A DNA stretch of 64,000 nt from a bacterium. Its GTDB lineage: Bacteria; Zhuqueibacterota; Zhuqueibacteria; Residuimicrobiales; Krinioviventaceae. Position numbers and translations under genes: made by a program. Below the pieces are notes generated by a model. It saw only the letters and a program-made list of their open reading frames with translations, had not been told where the DNA came from and did no database searches. This document shows, piece after piece, positions 48,939 to 59,500 of the stretch. The stretch lies in contig CAXXMD010000003.1 of the NCBI GenBank assembly GCA_963675755.2, positions 2,176,001 through 2,240,000 on the forward strand. The letters run 5' to 3'. Within the stretch, counting starts at the first letter, position 1. Every line of letters starts with the position of its first letter.

Positions 48939-49805
48939 ATGCGATTTAGGAATTTGTGCTGTTTGATTGTTATTACTTTAATAGTCATGTTGGGCTGCGA
49001 TTCTGATAAAAATCCGGTTGAGCCTGAAACCGGCTCGGGTTTGTATTTTCCAATGAAGGTAGGGAACGAGTGGCAGTATACACGAACGGTGATACTACCT
49101 GAAGCCTATCTGGAAATTGATACCAATTTAACCTCTAATATCATTAACGAATATTATGTGCAAAAATTAAAAAGTACGGATTATTTATTTGACTCGGTTG
49201 CTACATATATCCTGGAAGAAACAGCAACCATTGATAACTCGACGCTTGTTTCCAATGGTTGGCTTGCGAATGAAAAAGATGGGCTCTATTTTTATGCATA
49301 TCGTCAGCCTGTTTGGTTGATTCTCAAACAATCCCCGAAGAACAAAATCCTCTTTGGGGACAGGTATTTCAATTCTGTTCCGGAGGTCAGTGATTACTTA
49401 ATCAATGCCGCATCGGTTAACCAGGTGATGATTGATTCCATGATCTATGAAGATCCACCGCTGCTTTCTTTGCAATATCCATTGGAAACCGGAGCACGAT
49501 GGGATTATCGTACCCATAGCTCTCCGATCTCTAAAATTGAAAAAGTTGTGCTCGGCAAAGAACAGGTAGAGGTGCCCGCAGGCAAATTCGAGTGTTACAA
49601 GATACAATGGCTGTTCGAGTACGATCCTGAATGGTACGATCAGTTTAATGTTGAGTTTTATGATTTTGTCTCTAAAAAAGGATTGATCAAGCGGACCCTT
49701 ACTTATTCCAATGTAATGCAAGTGGCAATAGACGATTCTACCACAATCACAATCAACGACACAACCTACGATGAATATGTTTTAACAGGATTGAGCTTGA
49801 ACTAG
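48939..49805 (+). CDS. Hypothetical lipoprotein
   Basis: Lipobox MLGC-DSDKNPVEP; YFPMKVGNEWQY and EQVEVPAGKFECYKI motifs. Confidence 0.75.
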   Translation: MRFRNLCCLIVITLIVMLGCDSDKNPVEPETGSGLYFPMKVGNEWQYTRTVILPEAYLEIDTNLTSNIINEYYVQKLKSTDYLFDSVATYILEETATIDNSTLVSNGWLANEKDGLYFYAYRQPVWLILKQSPKNKILFGDRYFNSVPEVSDYLINAASVNQVMIDSMIYEDPPLLSLQYPLETGARWDYRTHSSPISKIEKVVLGKEQVEVPAGKFECYKIQWLFEYDPEWYDQFNVEFYDFVSKKGLIKRTLTYSNVMQVAIDDSTTITINDTTYDEYVLTGLSLN

Positions 49806-49906
49806 ATGGGGGGTGCCAATTTTCCAACTCTGATACCGGGTTATTGATTGTGGCCCGGTATTTGTTTATTGATTTGATAAAAAATCAGTAATGGAGAAGG
49901 AAAAAC

Positions 49907-50683
49907 ATGGACGCATTCAAGAGAACAATATTCGTAATTATTTCATTTATTATTTCTGGTTCTGTATTTGGCGAAGTTATTGACGGTCCCGCAAACATCC
50001 GGTTGAGTAAAAACGGACATGTTTTTATGTCGATTTTGGATGGTGTAACTGTGGAATGTACACAAATTCGTAATGACTGGTGCCAGATAGGGATTTCCGC
50101 AAAGCTTGATCCTGAATTATATAATATCGATTTTCCCATTCGCAAAGGCGATGAAATTTTTGACCGGGATGGCAATGTGGTGGGCACTGCCATGATGAAT
50201 ATTCCAGACTCGATGTACTTTGCCTGGACAGCCGGCGGGGGTTATGGTGTGCCGAAAAAGTATGGTATAGAGATTTACGGGTATACCCACAAGAATAATA
50301 TTCGGCCCGAATCCATTGTCGAAAACCGGCTGGTAGAAATTGTCAATGCAAATAAAGGCAATTTGGTACGCAGTTGCTTTACCGATCATATCAAAGAATT
50401 TAAATACGAACCCAGTTTTGCTGTGTTTGACATGCCGGAATATGACGCTGTTATGATTTTTGAAAATGCCATTGATGATCCTTCACCCATGTCACGGGTG
50501 CGGTTGATCTTTAATGGAGAAAAATTGGCCGCCATTGACCATTCACGTCCGATCTCCTTTGACGGACTGGAAAGTATAAACATGATCTGGGACCGAAAGC
50601 TGACAATTATTGAACACATGGAGCCCGAAAAACGGCAGCGTTTTATCGACATCTGCAATGAATCGTATATGGCAGTGGATTAA
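49907..50683 (+). CDS. Exported hypothetical protein with possible SH3-like N-terminal domain
   Basis: Signal peptide; GPANIRLSKNG...NDWCQIG; AAGGA RBS. Confidence 0.65.
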   Translation: MDAFKRTIFVIISFIISGSVFGEVIDGPANIRLSKNGHVFMSILDGVTVECTQIRNDWCQIGISAKLDPELYNIDFPIRKGDEIFDRDGNVVGTAMMNIPDSMYFAWTAGGGYGVPKKYGIEIYGYTHKNNIRPESIVENRLVEIVNANKGNLVRSCFTDHIKEFKYEPSFAVFDMPEYDAVMIFENAIDDPSPMSRVRLIFNGEKLAAIDHSRPISFDGLESINMIWDRKLTIIEHMEPEKRQRFIDICNESYMAVD

Positions 50684-50771
50684 GCTTCATTTTTATGTTG
50701 AATTGCATTTACATGAATATTTTTCAAGTAAAAGTGTTTAACTGGAAGTGAGTTTAATCCAGGGTATTGCA

Positions 50772-51176
50772 ATGAAAAAATGTCGTGAATGTCAACACGA
50801 GGTCAGTGAGCAGGCAAAGGCTTGCCCGAATTGTGGTGCACCTTATCCCTATAAAGAAGAATGGGATGGATGGGGTTACGAGTTTAAAAGCAAAACCACT
50901 ATATTGGGGTGGCCTTTGCTTCATATCGCATTTAAATTTCGTCCCAATGGTGTACCTGTACCTGCCAAAGGGATCATTTCCATTGGGCAGTTTGGAATGG
51001 GCATTGTCAACATTTCCCAGTTTGGTGTAGGGTTGATCAGCATCAGCCAATTTACCATTGCGGGATACGCTATTGCCCAGTTTGCCATTGCTTATAAATT
51101 GATTGCACAGGTTGGATTGTTTGTGAACAGCGGTTATGGGCAGGTTGTGAAACGTTTGGTTGATTTGTTGAATTGA
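50772..51176 (+). CDS. Zinc-ribbon protein with Gly-rich repetitive C-terminus
   Basis: CRECQHEVSEQAKACPNCG; repeated ISIGQFG/ISQFG/IAQF units. Confidence 0.75.
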   Translation: MKKCRECQHEVSEQAKACPNCGAPYPYKEEWDGWGYEFKSKTTILGWPLLHIAFKFRPNGVPVPAKGIISIGQFGMGIVNISQFGVGLISISQFTIAGYAIAQFAIAYKLIAQVGLFVNSGYGQVVKRLVDLLN

Positions 51177-51210
51177 TATAAAAATTGTAGGTTTATAGAC
51201 TGGGAGTCTA

Positions 51211-51657
51211 TTAGAATCTGCTGTTGATCAATTTTTGCAGTTGATTGGAAAATTCTTCCCGGTCCCGCATGTTGAGTGGTGGTGGCCCACCGGTTTGAAC
51301 TCCATTCCCGCGCAGCTCGTCCATGAAATTACGGATAGAGAGTTGCTCGCCTATATTTTCTTCCGTGTATACACGGCCCCGCGGTGTCAATACCACTGCG
51401 CCTTTGGCAATAACTTCTGCAGCCATGGGAATGTCTGCGGTAATAATAATATCCCGTGATTGTGTCATTTGCATGATGTACTTGTCCGCTTGATCATAAC
51501 CGGAATCTACCCGGGTCATTTGTATGTATGGAGATGTGGGAACAGACAGGTTTTGATTAGCTACCAGTACGGTAACAATTTGCAGCCGGTTGGCTGCACG
51601 ATACAGTATCTCTTTGATGGGTTTTGGGCAGGCATCGGCGTCGACCCAGATCTTCAT
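51211..51657 (-). CDS. YaiI/YqxD (UPF0178) family protein
   Basis: MKIWVDADACP, ITADIPMA, NIGEQLSIRNFMDELR, TGGPPP. Confidence 0.93.
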   Translation of the reverse strand: MKIWVDADACPKPIKEILYRAANRLQIVTVLVANQNLSVPTSPYIQMTRVDSGYDQADKYIMQMTQSRDIIITADIPMAAEVIAKGAVVLTPRGRVYTEENIGEQLSIRNFMDELRGNGVQTGGPPPLNMRDREEFSNQLQKLINSRF

Positions 51658-51673
51658 AAAAATTCCTTTATTA

Positions 51674-51696
51674 TCCCGGGGAAAAGCTCCCCGGGA
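51674..51696. terminator. GC-rich hairpin between the YhcH and YaiI genes
   Basis: TCCCGGGGA-aaagc-TCCCCGGGA. Confidence 0.5.
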
Positions 51697-51710
51697 ATGG
51701 ATAATATCAA

Positions 51711-52265
51711 TTAATAATCTACTGCTACTTTGATTACCACTTTATGCAAGTCTCCGTCACTGATCAGAGGAGTATGTGCGTCATTTGGAAAAAAGATGGT
51801 AAATTGTCCGGCTGTCAATGTGTTATAAGCATCCGGAGTATCGTTAAAGAACATGATATCGGGTTTGTACTCTTCACGGACATCGGTACAGGTATCTGTG
51901 GGCTTCCAGCCAAATGTTTCAGGGCCTTTGATACAATATTGGATATCGATAAACTGACGGTGCGCTTCCAGGTATGCAGAGTCTTTACTGCGGCCCTGTG
52001 CTTTGTCGATAGTTGCAACGAGCTTTTCACCATCAAGTTCATAACGTTTTGCTTCCATTTCCGCAAGGTTTTCCTGACGCAGAAATTCAAAGGCCTTTTG
52101 AAAACCCGGATGTAAGTCGTAATATTTTTCAGCGTTTTCCAGTTTGTCAATCAATTGGGCCGGCTTGCTTTCCATTTTTGCCTCCTGCTTTTGTTGGCTG
52201 CACCCTGTAAACAGTGCGGTTACCAGAATAATCATTACAATAGTAAAAAAAACAGAGTTTCTCAT
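51711..52265 (-). CDS. YhcH/YjgK/YiaL family protein with lipoprotein signal
   Basis: LEAHRQFIDIQY, FTIFFPNDAHTP, KVVIKV; lipobox LFTGC; AGGAG RBS before ATG 52265. Confidence 0.88.
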   Translation of the reverse strand: MRNSVFFTIVMIILVTALFTGCSQQKQEAKMESKPAQLIDKLENAEKYYDLHPGFQKAFEFLRQENLAEMEAKRYELDGEKLVATIDKAQGRSKDSAYLEAHRQFIDIQYCIKGPETFGWKPTDTCTDVREEYKPDIMFFNDTPDAYNTLTAGQFTIFFPNDAHTPLISDGDLHKVVIKVAVDY

Positions 52266-52311
52266 TTCGCGCTTTCTCCTGTCAATTAAGGTTATGATCC
52301 GGATGGGTTTA

Positions 52312-52947
52312 TCAGGTGCCGAAATAGCGGTCACCGTAATCTCCCAGCCCGGGGACGATATATTTAACATCATTTAAATTTGAATCGATTGCAGCGGTAT
52401 AAATATCTACATCAGGAAACTGTGTGTGCAGGGCTTCTATTCCCTCCGGGGCAGCAACAATACAAACTGCTGATATTTTATGCGCACCTTTTTCCTGCAA
52501 TGCATGAATAGTATTGATTAACGAACCGCCGGTTGCCAGCATGGGATCCAGTACCAGAACATGCTTGCGGTCCAGATCGTGAGGGAATTTCTGGTAATAC
52601 TCCCGGGCTTTGGCGGTGTTTTCGTCACGTTCAAGCCCAATGAATCCAACCGAAACCCACGGCAGGAATTCTCTTGCCGGAATGAGCATGGAAATACCGG
52701 CACGCAGAACCGGAACAAACACCAATGACTCGCGAATTTGTAATCCGTTTGTTTGGGTTATCGGTGTTTCAATGGGGTGGTTTTCCATTTTCAGATTTTT
52801 GGTTGCTTCCAGAATCAGTATCTGTGAAACCACTGCTGAATGACGAACAAACATTTCGGTTGTTGTATTTTTATCTCGAAGAATTGTCAATGAATGCTGT
52901 AACAGGGGATGACTTGCAAGATTCACTACTTTCAAGTAAACCTCCAT
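52312..52947 (-). CDS. upp: Uracil phosphoribosyltransferase
   Basis: HPLLQHSLTILRD, VPVLRAG, LDPMLATGGS, YIVPGLGDYGDRYFGT. Confidence 0.96.
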   Translation of the reverse strand: MEVYLKVVNLASHPLLQHSLTILRDKNTTTEMFVRHSAVVSQILILEATKNLKMENHPIETPITQTNGLQIRESLVFVPVLRAGISMLIPAREFLPWVSVGFIGLERDENTAKAREYYQKFPHDLDRKHVLVLDPMLATGGSLINTIHALQEKGAHKISAVCIVAAPEGIEALHTQFPDVDIYTAAIDSNLNDVKYIVPGLGDYGDRYFGT

Positions 52948-53094
52948 ATTATAAATTGATATACAATTGGATTCTACAATATAAAGATTTTATTACAATT
53001 CCCAAGTAAAAAAACAGGCTGAAATGCGGTAAATTTACAGATTATTCGCTCTTCAAAACTTGTTATAATAACGTATATTGTTTGGAGGAGAGTT

Positions 53095-54195
53095 ATGCAG
53101 TATTTTAAAAGCGTATTTAGCGTTTCTTTACTGATTCTGGTACTTTTTGTGGCTTTCGGTGTATATGGTGATGGATTGTTCAATGAACCGGAAAGTGTAG
53201 TGTTTGATTATGACAGTAACCGTTATTTTGTTTCCAACAAGAATGATGGCAAGATCATCGTGATAGACAGTTTAGGCATAGAAAGTGTTTTTAATGATAC
53301 GCTGTCATCGTGCAGGGGGCTGCATATCCTTGAAGGACATCTTTATGGGGCCGGAACCGAGGGTATTGTTGAAATTGATTTAGAGACCGGTGAAACAAAT
53401 TTGATTATTGAAATTGAAGGACGAACGTTTTTGAATGATATAACGTCAGATACGCTTGGTAATCTCTATGTAACGGATTCATCACAGGGCAAGATTTACA
53501 AGATCAGGCCTGAGACTTTTTTCTACACGGATTTCGCAACAGGCCTTACCGGTATTAACGGTATTCTGTATATACCTGATCCTGAATTGTTGTATTTTTG
53601 CACCGGCAGGGATATTAAGCGTGTTGACCTTGCCGATTCATCGGTAACTGAGGTTATTCGGACCTACCACGGACAGTTGGATGGTCTGGCCATTGACAGT
53701 ACCGGGTATATCTATTTTTCTTCATGGGGAAGCGATGGTGTGTTCCGTTATGATCCCTTGTTCAGCCTGGAAGAAGCGGATACTATCTCAACCGGTCATG
53801 TTGATCCCGCAGATATTTATATCAATACACGGGATAATATTCTGGCTGTTCCGAATTACAGTGACAATACAGTGGATTTTATTGATCTGACACCCATCAT
53901 TACAGATGTGGATGACGAAAACCCGGTACCGGAAGGTTTTGAACTGTATCAAAATTATCCCAATCCATTTAATCCCATAACAACGATCCGTTTCCAGGTA
54001 CCGGAGTATATGTGGGTAAGCCTGGATATTTATAATATTACGGGACAAAAGGTTGCTACGCTATTGAACGGATTTGTGCAGCCCGGTTTTCATTCGGTTG
54101 ACTGGGATGCCGCAAGATTGAGCTCGGGGATATATATATACAACCTTGTTGCGGGAGATTACCGGATGTCGAGAAAAATGGTATTTGTGAAATAA
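53095..54195 (+). CDS. SMP-30/gluconolactonase-like beta-propeller with C-terminal sorting domain
   Basis: PESV, FLNDIT..GNLYVTDS, NGI, LDGLA, PADI; QNYPNPFN...SSGIYIY...KMVFVK. Confidence 0.85.
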   Translation: MQYFKSVFSVSLLILVLFVAFGVYGDGLFNEPESVVFDYDSNRYFVSNKNDGKIIVIDSLGIESVFNDTLSSCRGLHILEGHLYGAGTEGIVEIDLETGETNLIIEIEGRTFLNDITSDTLGNLYVTDSSQGKIYKIRPETFFYTDFATGLTGINGILYIPDPELLYFCTGRDIKRVDLADSSVTEVIRTYHGQLDGLAIDSTGYIYFSSWGSDGVFRYDPLFSLEEADTISTGHVDPADIYINTRDNILAVPNYSDNTVDFIDLTPIITDVDDENPVPEGFELYQNYPNPFNPITTIRFQVPEYMWVSLDIYNITGQKVATLLNGFVQPGFHSVDWDAARLSSGIYIYNLVAGDYRMSRKMVFVK

Positions 54196-54232
54196 AAAAA
54201 GCAGGGATCGGGTGGAAGCTCCGATCCCTGCT
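54193..54232 (-). terminator. Intrinsic terminator of the minus-strand glycoside hydrolase gene
   Basis: AGCAGGGATCGG / CCGATCCCTGCT stem preceded on the + strand by an A-run. Confidence 0.8.
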
Positions 54233-54256
54233 CAGGGTAATTGTGGAAAAATTGAT

Positions 54257-56386
54257 TTATGGCAGAGGTGAAATACCTTCCCATTTTACGTTCCAGTTGC
54301 CGTCTTTGGGAAAGCCGGGGGAATCGGTTTCAGCTCCGTCCCAGCCGGCGCACATTAATGCAACTGCGGACAATAAAGAACCGTTAGCCGGCATATAGAC
54401 AGCCAGGTCCTGACGCTGCGGGCAATGTCCGTTTGCGGTATAGTCGTTGTTGGGGGCATCCATCAGTAATACTTTGACTGCGATGTCAGGTCGCCCCACA
54501 CGGGTTGCCGTCATGGCGATCATGGGGTAATCCCAGCCCCAGATTTTGGCTTCCCAGTCCCAGGTTTTCATGACCTGCTCAAGGGTTTTTTCCATAATGG
54601 CCTTATCTGCACGTTCACCGGGCAGAACACCCAATACTGCCAGCAATGAGGGGTGGTCTCTGCGGCTTTCAATGTTATCAAAGGTGTCCGGGGTAGATTC
54701 AAGGGCCACATATAACCCGTCTTTAGTTGGTAATTGAGACAAGTGTTCAATGACATGGTTCCATTTTTCTACGCGGGACTCACCCAATCGTTCTTTCCAT
54801 TCCTGTGCCAGTTTCAGGCTAAAATACCAGTATTCCAATTCAAATGTGGGGTTCTGGCTTTTGCTTTGGTCATATATTTCCTGAGACAACCACAAGGGCG
54901 GGCCCAGAACATAGCGTTGAGTATCTTTATCCCAATATGCAAAAGAAGCCAGGAATTTTGCGGTTTCGAAGACCATGTCTTTGTATTTATTCAGTGTTTC
55001 CTGAGTAGGATGCTGGCGATAAATTAATTCAGCCATATAAATAGGCATGGGTTGGTTCCAGATGATCAGCGGATTACCGCCGGGACTTTCACGTCCGTCC
55101 GGCCCTACCATTTTTGACCAGTTGGCGCCTTCAAATCCGCGTTCTTTAGCTGTAGCTTTTGCATGGTCCATAATAGATATGTACCATGGTAAGCTGTTTT
55201 CCATCAACTCGGGACGGTCCCATAATGCAAAATGGGCTGCGTGCCACCAATACATTTCTGTATTGTGTTTGCCATACCAGCTGCTGTGGGTCAGGCCGGT
55301 TTCGGATGGTGGTATTTTACCGCAGTATTGATTGCGCATGAGATATAATGATAGAATAACGCGTCTTTCCAGTTCTTTGGCGCGGGTATCTTTACATTCT
55401 GAAAAATCAATGATACCACCTGAAAACCAGTATGCTTCCCATGCTTCAGCAGATGCCGCAGTAACGGATTGAATATCTCCTGTTGCAAAGTTTTTGTCTT
55501 GAGAAAATTCGCAGGAAAATTCAAAAGATTCGGATGCGTTTGATAATACAAATGCATGCTTGTCGGCTTGCTCAAGTTTTGCAGAACCGGACCAGGTGAA
55601 TTGGGTGTAAAAGCGTGTTGTATCCAAATCTCTTTGCAAAACGATATGGTCTATAGTCTGATCCAGAATTGTGGTGGTATGTTTATCAGGGCTGTTCCAG
55701 TCTACATCCGGTTTGTTTTTAATGCGGGTATTGTGTGTAAAGGGGAACCTTAACGAGACAGTCAATTTACCCTCTTTTAGCAAGGGAGATTCAACTTTGA
55801 AAGACACCTTGTCCGCATTGGGATCAGAAACAGTGAGAACTTTGACGGGGGCATTGTCGAGAGTAAAGGAGCTTGAAAGTAAACCAGTCCACATGTCCAG
55901 CGTTTGGTCGATATTTTTAACATCCTTGACAGTCAATTCAGAGCCATCTGCTTTTTTGTATCTAAAGCCAATTTCAATCAACGGAAGTTTGTGCGGATTT
56001 AAACGCAGCCATTGACCTGCTTTACTTCGTTCGTTTGTGGGGTATCCCACCTGGCGACCATGTACGTCATAATAGCGATAGGCATCTTTTAAGGTATATC
56101 CGTTGGGGTTGTCAAAAGAGTGCCATGCCCATTCAGCTTGTGTTTCAATGGGGATGCCATTTTGGTAGTAAAAATCCGGAAAGGTCTGAAGACCTGTAAC
56201 ATCGGCAGTAAAAGCAAATTCACCGTTACCTACGGTAAGCGGGGCCAGGGGATCGACTGTGGTGATGTGCGGATTATTACGTGTGACAACCGCATTTCGA
56301 TCAATACTGGATGAGGTACTGGTACAGCTTGTAATAGCAATACCGATTAATAAATACAATGTAAAATGAAATAATTTTTTTCCCAT
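54257..56386 (-). CDS. Glycoside hydrolase lipoprotein, GH65/GH95-like (alpha/alpha)6 barrel
   Basis: Lipobox AITSC; LTVGNGEFAFTADVTGLQT; SWYGKHNTEMYWWH; WGWDYP; NGSLLSAVALM. GAGGAG RBS before ATG 56386. Confidence 0.75.
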   Translation of the reverse strand: MGKKLFHFTLYLLIGIAITSCTSTSSSIDRNAVVTRNNPHITTVDPLAPLTVGNGEFAFTADVTGLQTFPDFYYQNGIPIETQAEWAWHSFDNPNGYTLKDAYRYYDVHGRQVGYPTNERSKAGQWLRLNPHKLPLIEIGFRYKKADGSELTVKDVKNIDQTLDMWTGLLSSSFTLDNAPVKVLTVSDPNADKVSFKVESPLLKEGKLTVSLRFPFTHNTRIKNKPDVDWNSPDKHTTTILDQTIDHIVLQRDLDTTRFYTQFTWSGSAKLEQADKHAFVLSNASESFEFSCEFSQDKNFATGDIQSVTAASAEAWEAYWFSGGIIDFSECKDTRAKELERRVILSLYLMRNQYCGKIPPSETGLTHSSWYGKHNTEMYWWHAAHFALWDRPELMENSLPWYISIMDHAKATAKERGFEGANWSKMVGPDGRESPGGNPLIIWNQPMPIYMAELIYRQHPTQETLNKYKDMVFETAKFLASFAYWDKDTQRYVLGPPLWLSQEIYDQSKSQNPTFELEYWYFSLKLAQEWKERLGESRVEKWNHVIEHLSQLPTKDGLYVALESTPDTFDNIESRRDHPSLLAVLGVLPGERADKAIMEKTLEQVMKTWDWEAKIWGWDYPMIAMTATRVGRPDIAVKVLLMDAPNNDYTANGHCPQRQDLAVYMPANGSLLSAVALMCAGWDGAETDSPGFPKDGNWNVKWEGISPLP

Positions 56387-56478
56387 ATCTCTCCTCAAAC
56401 GTTTAAGTTGTGAAAAAAGTTATTAAATAAATTTATTAAATTCAATCAAAAAAATAAAGCAGTTTTGGAGAAAAAGGG

Positions 56479-56508
56479 AAAAAACGGAAGGGATTTCTCC
56501 CTTCCGTT
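56479..56508 (-). terminator. Intrinsic terminator of the PKD protein gene
   Basis: AACGGAAGGGA-tttc-TCCCTTCCGTT with an A-run on the + strand side. Confidence 0.8.
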
Positions 56509-56517
56509 GCGTTAAAG

Positions 56518-59500
56518 CTATTTGATGAGAATGATTTTTTTGTCGCTTAAATAATCATTGGCCTGCATATGGAGAATATACATTCCGGAAGCGCTCATGT
56601 TGCCTTTATAATCGGTACCATCCCAAATGTACCGATAGGTGCCGGCAGATTGAACGCCCTTGAAAAGCGTTTTAACCATCTTACCGTTTATATCATAGAT
56701 GGTAAGCAATACATCTGCAGCACGTGGCAGGTCATATCGTACCGTTGTTTGCGCGTTGAAAGGATTCGGATAATTTTGTTGTAACTGGAATCTATCCGGT
56801 GTTTCTGTATCGCTTTCTACCAGCGTACCGGTTTGTACCTGTATATAGCCATTTACTGTCAGGGTATCACTTCCACCGTTGTTTGTTGCAACCAGTGTTA
56901 CGGTATAGGTTCCTATACTTGAATATGTATGTGTTGGATTTTGTTCTTCACTGGTAACACCATCACCAAAGTTCCAGAACCAGCTGTCTACCAGGCCTTC
57001 ACTTTGATCACTAAAGTTTACTGTTAGCGGAGCAGGACCTTGTACCGGTTCTGCGGAAAACATTGCCACAGGAGGATCGGGAATGACCTGAATGTATGAT
57101 TCCTTAACAAGGGTACTGCTGCCGCGTGGCCCTTTTACGGTTAATTTTACATCATAATCACCGTTGGTGCTGTACTCATGCTGTGGATTTTGTTCATCGC
57201 TATAGGTAGAATCACCAAAATCCCAGTACCATTCATCAATATCTCCGGTAGATTCATCTGTAAACTGGACTGTTAACGGAGCTTTGCCGCGAGTTGTATC
57301 TGCACTAAAGGCGGGTACCAGGTCTTCGTTATAGACATTGATATATCCTTCGCGAATCAGGGTTGCCACACCACCGGTGCTGACGATTTTCAAACTGACT
57401 GAATATGAACCCGCAGAGTCAAAAACATGTAATGGATTTTGCAGTGTACTGGTACCACCGTCACCAAATCCCCATTGCCATGAGAGTATATCACCTTCAG
57501 ATTCATCTGTAAACTGAACTGTCAGGGGGACAAGTCCGTTTGTTGTATCTGCAACAAACCATGGGTCGGGAGGTAAAACGACCTTGATCACATTCAGGGT
57601 ATATTCCTGAATAGCGGAACCGCCCTTGCCATCGTCAACACGAATTCGAATGGTATGGTCACCTTCATCTCCATCCTGAGGAGTCCAGATTACCAGGCCC
57701 GAGTCAGCATCTATAGACATTGTTTCAGGACCTTCTGAAATTGAAAAACTCAGAGTATCACCATCCTGATCCGTTGCAGTGACCTTGTATGTGTACAGGG
57801 TATCAACAAATGCCTGAGTTGGGGCTGTAGATGTGATTTCAGGATCAAAGTTGACACCGGCAATTCGAATCCAGAAATACTGGGTTTGCCAGCCGCCTTC
57901 AGAGTCAGTGGCTTTAATACCGGTCAGGTAATAACCTGCGCCTTTACCCCAAAGATCTAAATCTTTATCTTCTTCTGTGGGTGTCCATTCTACAGCTCCT
58001 GTAGATGAAGTTAGTGTCATATTATCCGGTCCAAGAACCAGTTCCCAGGTCAATGGATTTGCATCATCATCCAGAGCTGCCGGGGAATAGGTCCAAACAG
58101 AATTTGCATTTGCAAACAGTTCCGGTGTTGTTGTGAATTCAGGTACCGGATTGTTGAATGTATTTTTAGATGCTCCCGGCATACCTATGGCAGAAACAGA
58201 TACATTTGACGATGCGGATGATATTTGAGAAACCATAACCCAGGCATTTTGACCGTCATTTACAACTTGAGGTGTGCCGCCTGACCAGGGTGCAAGTGCA
58301 GTACTGCTCCACATGTCATTTTCGTATACCATAATTCTGGGAGTTTGACGCCTGCCGTTTAAAAGCAGAACACTTCCATCAGAATAGACTGAAGGTCTGA
58401 TATGTGGATCACCCGTATTTTCATAAAATAATGGCTGTTCTTTGCCATGGCGGGGAGTCCAGTCCATGCCCGGCTCGTCTGCCGCTGCACAGAAAATTTC
58501 ACCTTTATAGTCACCTGAATTTTCGGTGTTATTGTTCCAACCAATATAGATTTTACCATTACCTACAGACATGTATGGAGAATCACCCAATTCGTCTACG
58601 GGATTGGTAACATTTTCCTGAAACATCCAATCTGTATATCCCGGTACTTTGAATGCAAATTGTGCATAGCGTTTACCGGTTTCCTCTTCCTGGAAGAGCA
58701 GGTAAACCATACCGTTTTCACCACGTTCCAGACTGGGGTGAGAACCGCTGCCCAGATCCCGGGGTTCTCCCCATGATCCGTCATATTCAATAACCTGAAC
58801 GGTATTGTTGCTAACATCATGATAAACAACATAGCGATAATCGCCTTTGGTAATGATATCCGGATAAATAGCAAAGGAGGGGACTGTTGCCAAAAGTTCA
58901 GGTTCAGCCCAATCGCCACTGCTGTTGTTCATGGTATAGATGTTACCGTTTTCATCTGAAAATACAATATGTGTGGTTCCGGCAGAATCAATATCCATGG
59001 CTGTACAGCGTTGCGGAAACTGGAATTGATCTTCACTATAAACATTGATATTATCCAAAGCCAGTTCCTGCATTTGGTCCCAACCACCTTCTGCGTTTCT
59101 GGTACGAATACGTATGTCGTTGTCATTAACCCACAAACTGCTAATATCTCCGTTTAACGGATTGATAGCAATATCTCCGCTAAAACCATGCTCGTCTAAA
59201 ACGGTATGTTCTGCAATTTCCAGATCATTGGACTGAATGAGGGTAGGATTACGGATTCCAAAAACTGTGATGCCCGGAGCAGAAGTGTTTGCCACCCAAA
59301 TGGTAGAACCATCACTTTCAACTTCTATCAAACCACCAAGCCATGGAGCTTCTCTACCTACACTCCATTGGTCTCCTTCCCAGATCATATAGCGTTTATC
59401 CTGACGTCTGGCGTTCATATAAACCACGGTGCCATCATCAAAGGTTGCAACGCGGGGATGTGGAGTTGCAGTATCTTCATAATAGAGGGGATTGCTTCCA

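Noticed and set aside
45699-51176. Classical integron with attC sites
   Set aside because: No intI gene; the intergenic hairpins lack recognisable RYYYAAC/GTTRRRY core boxes.
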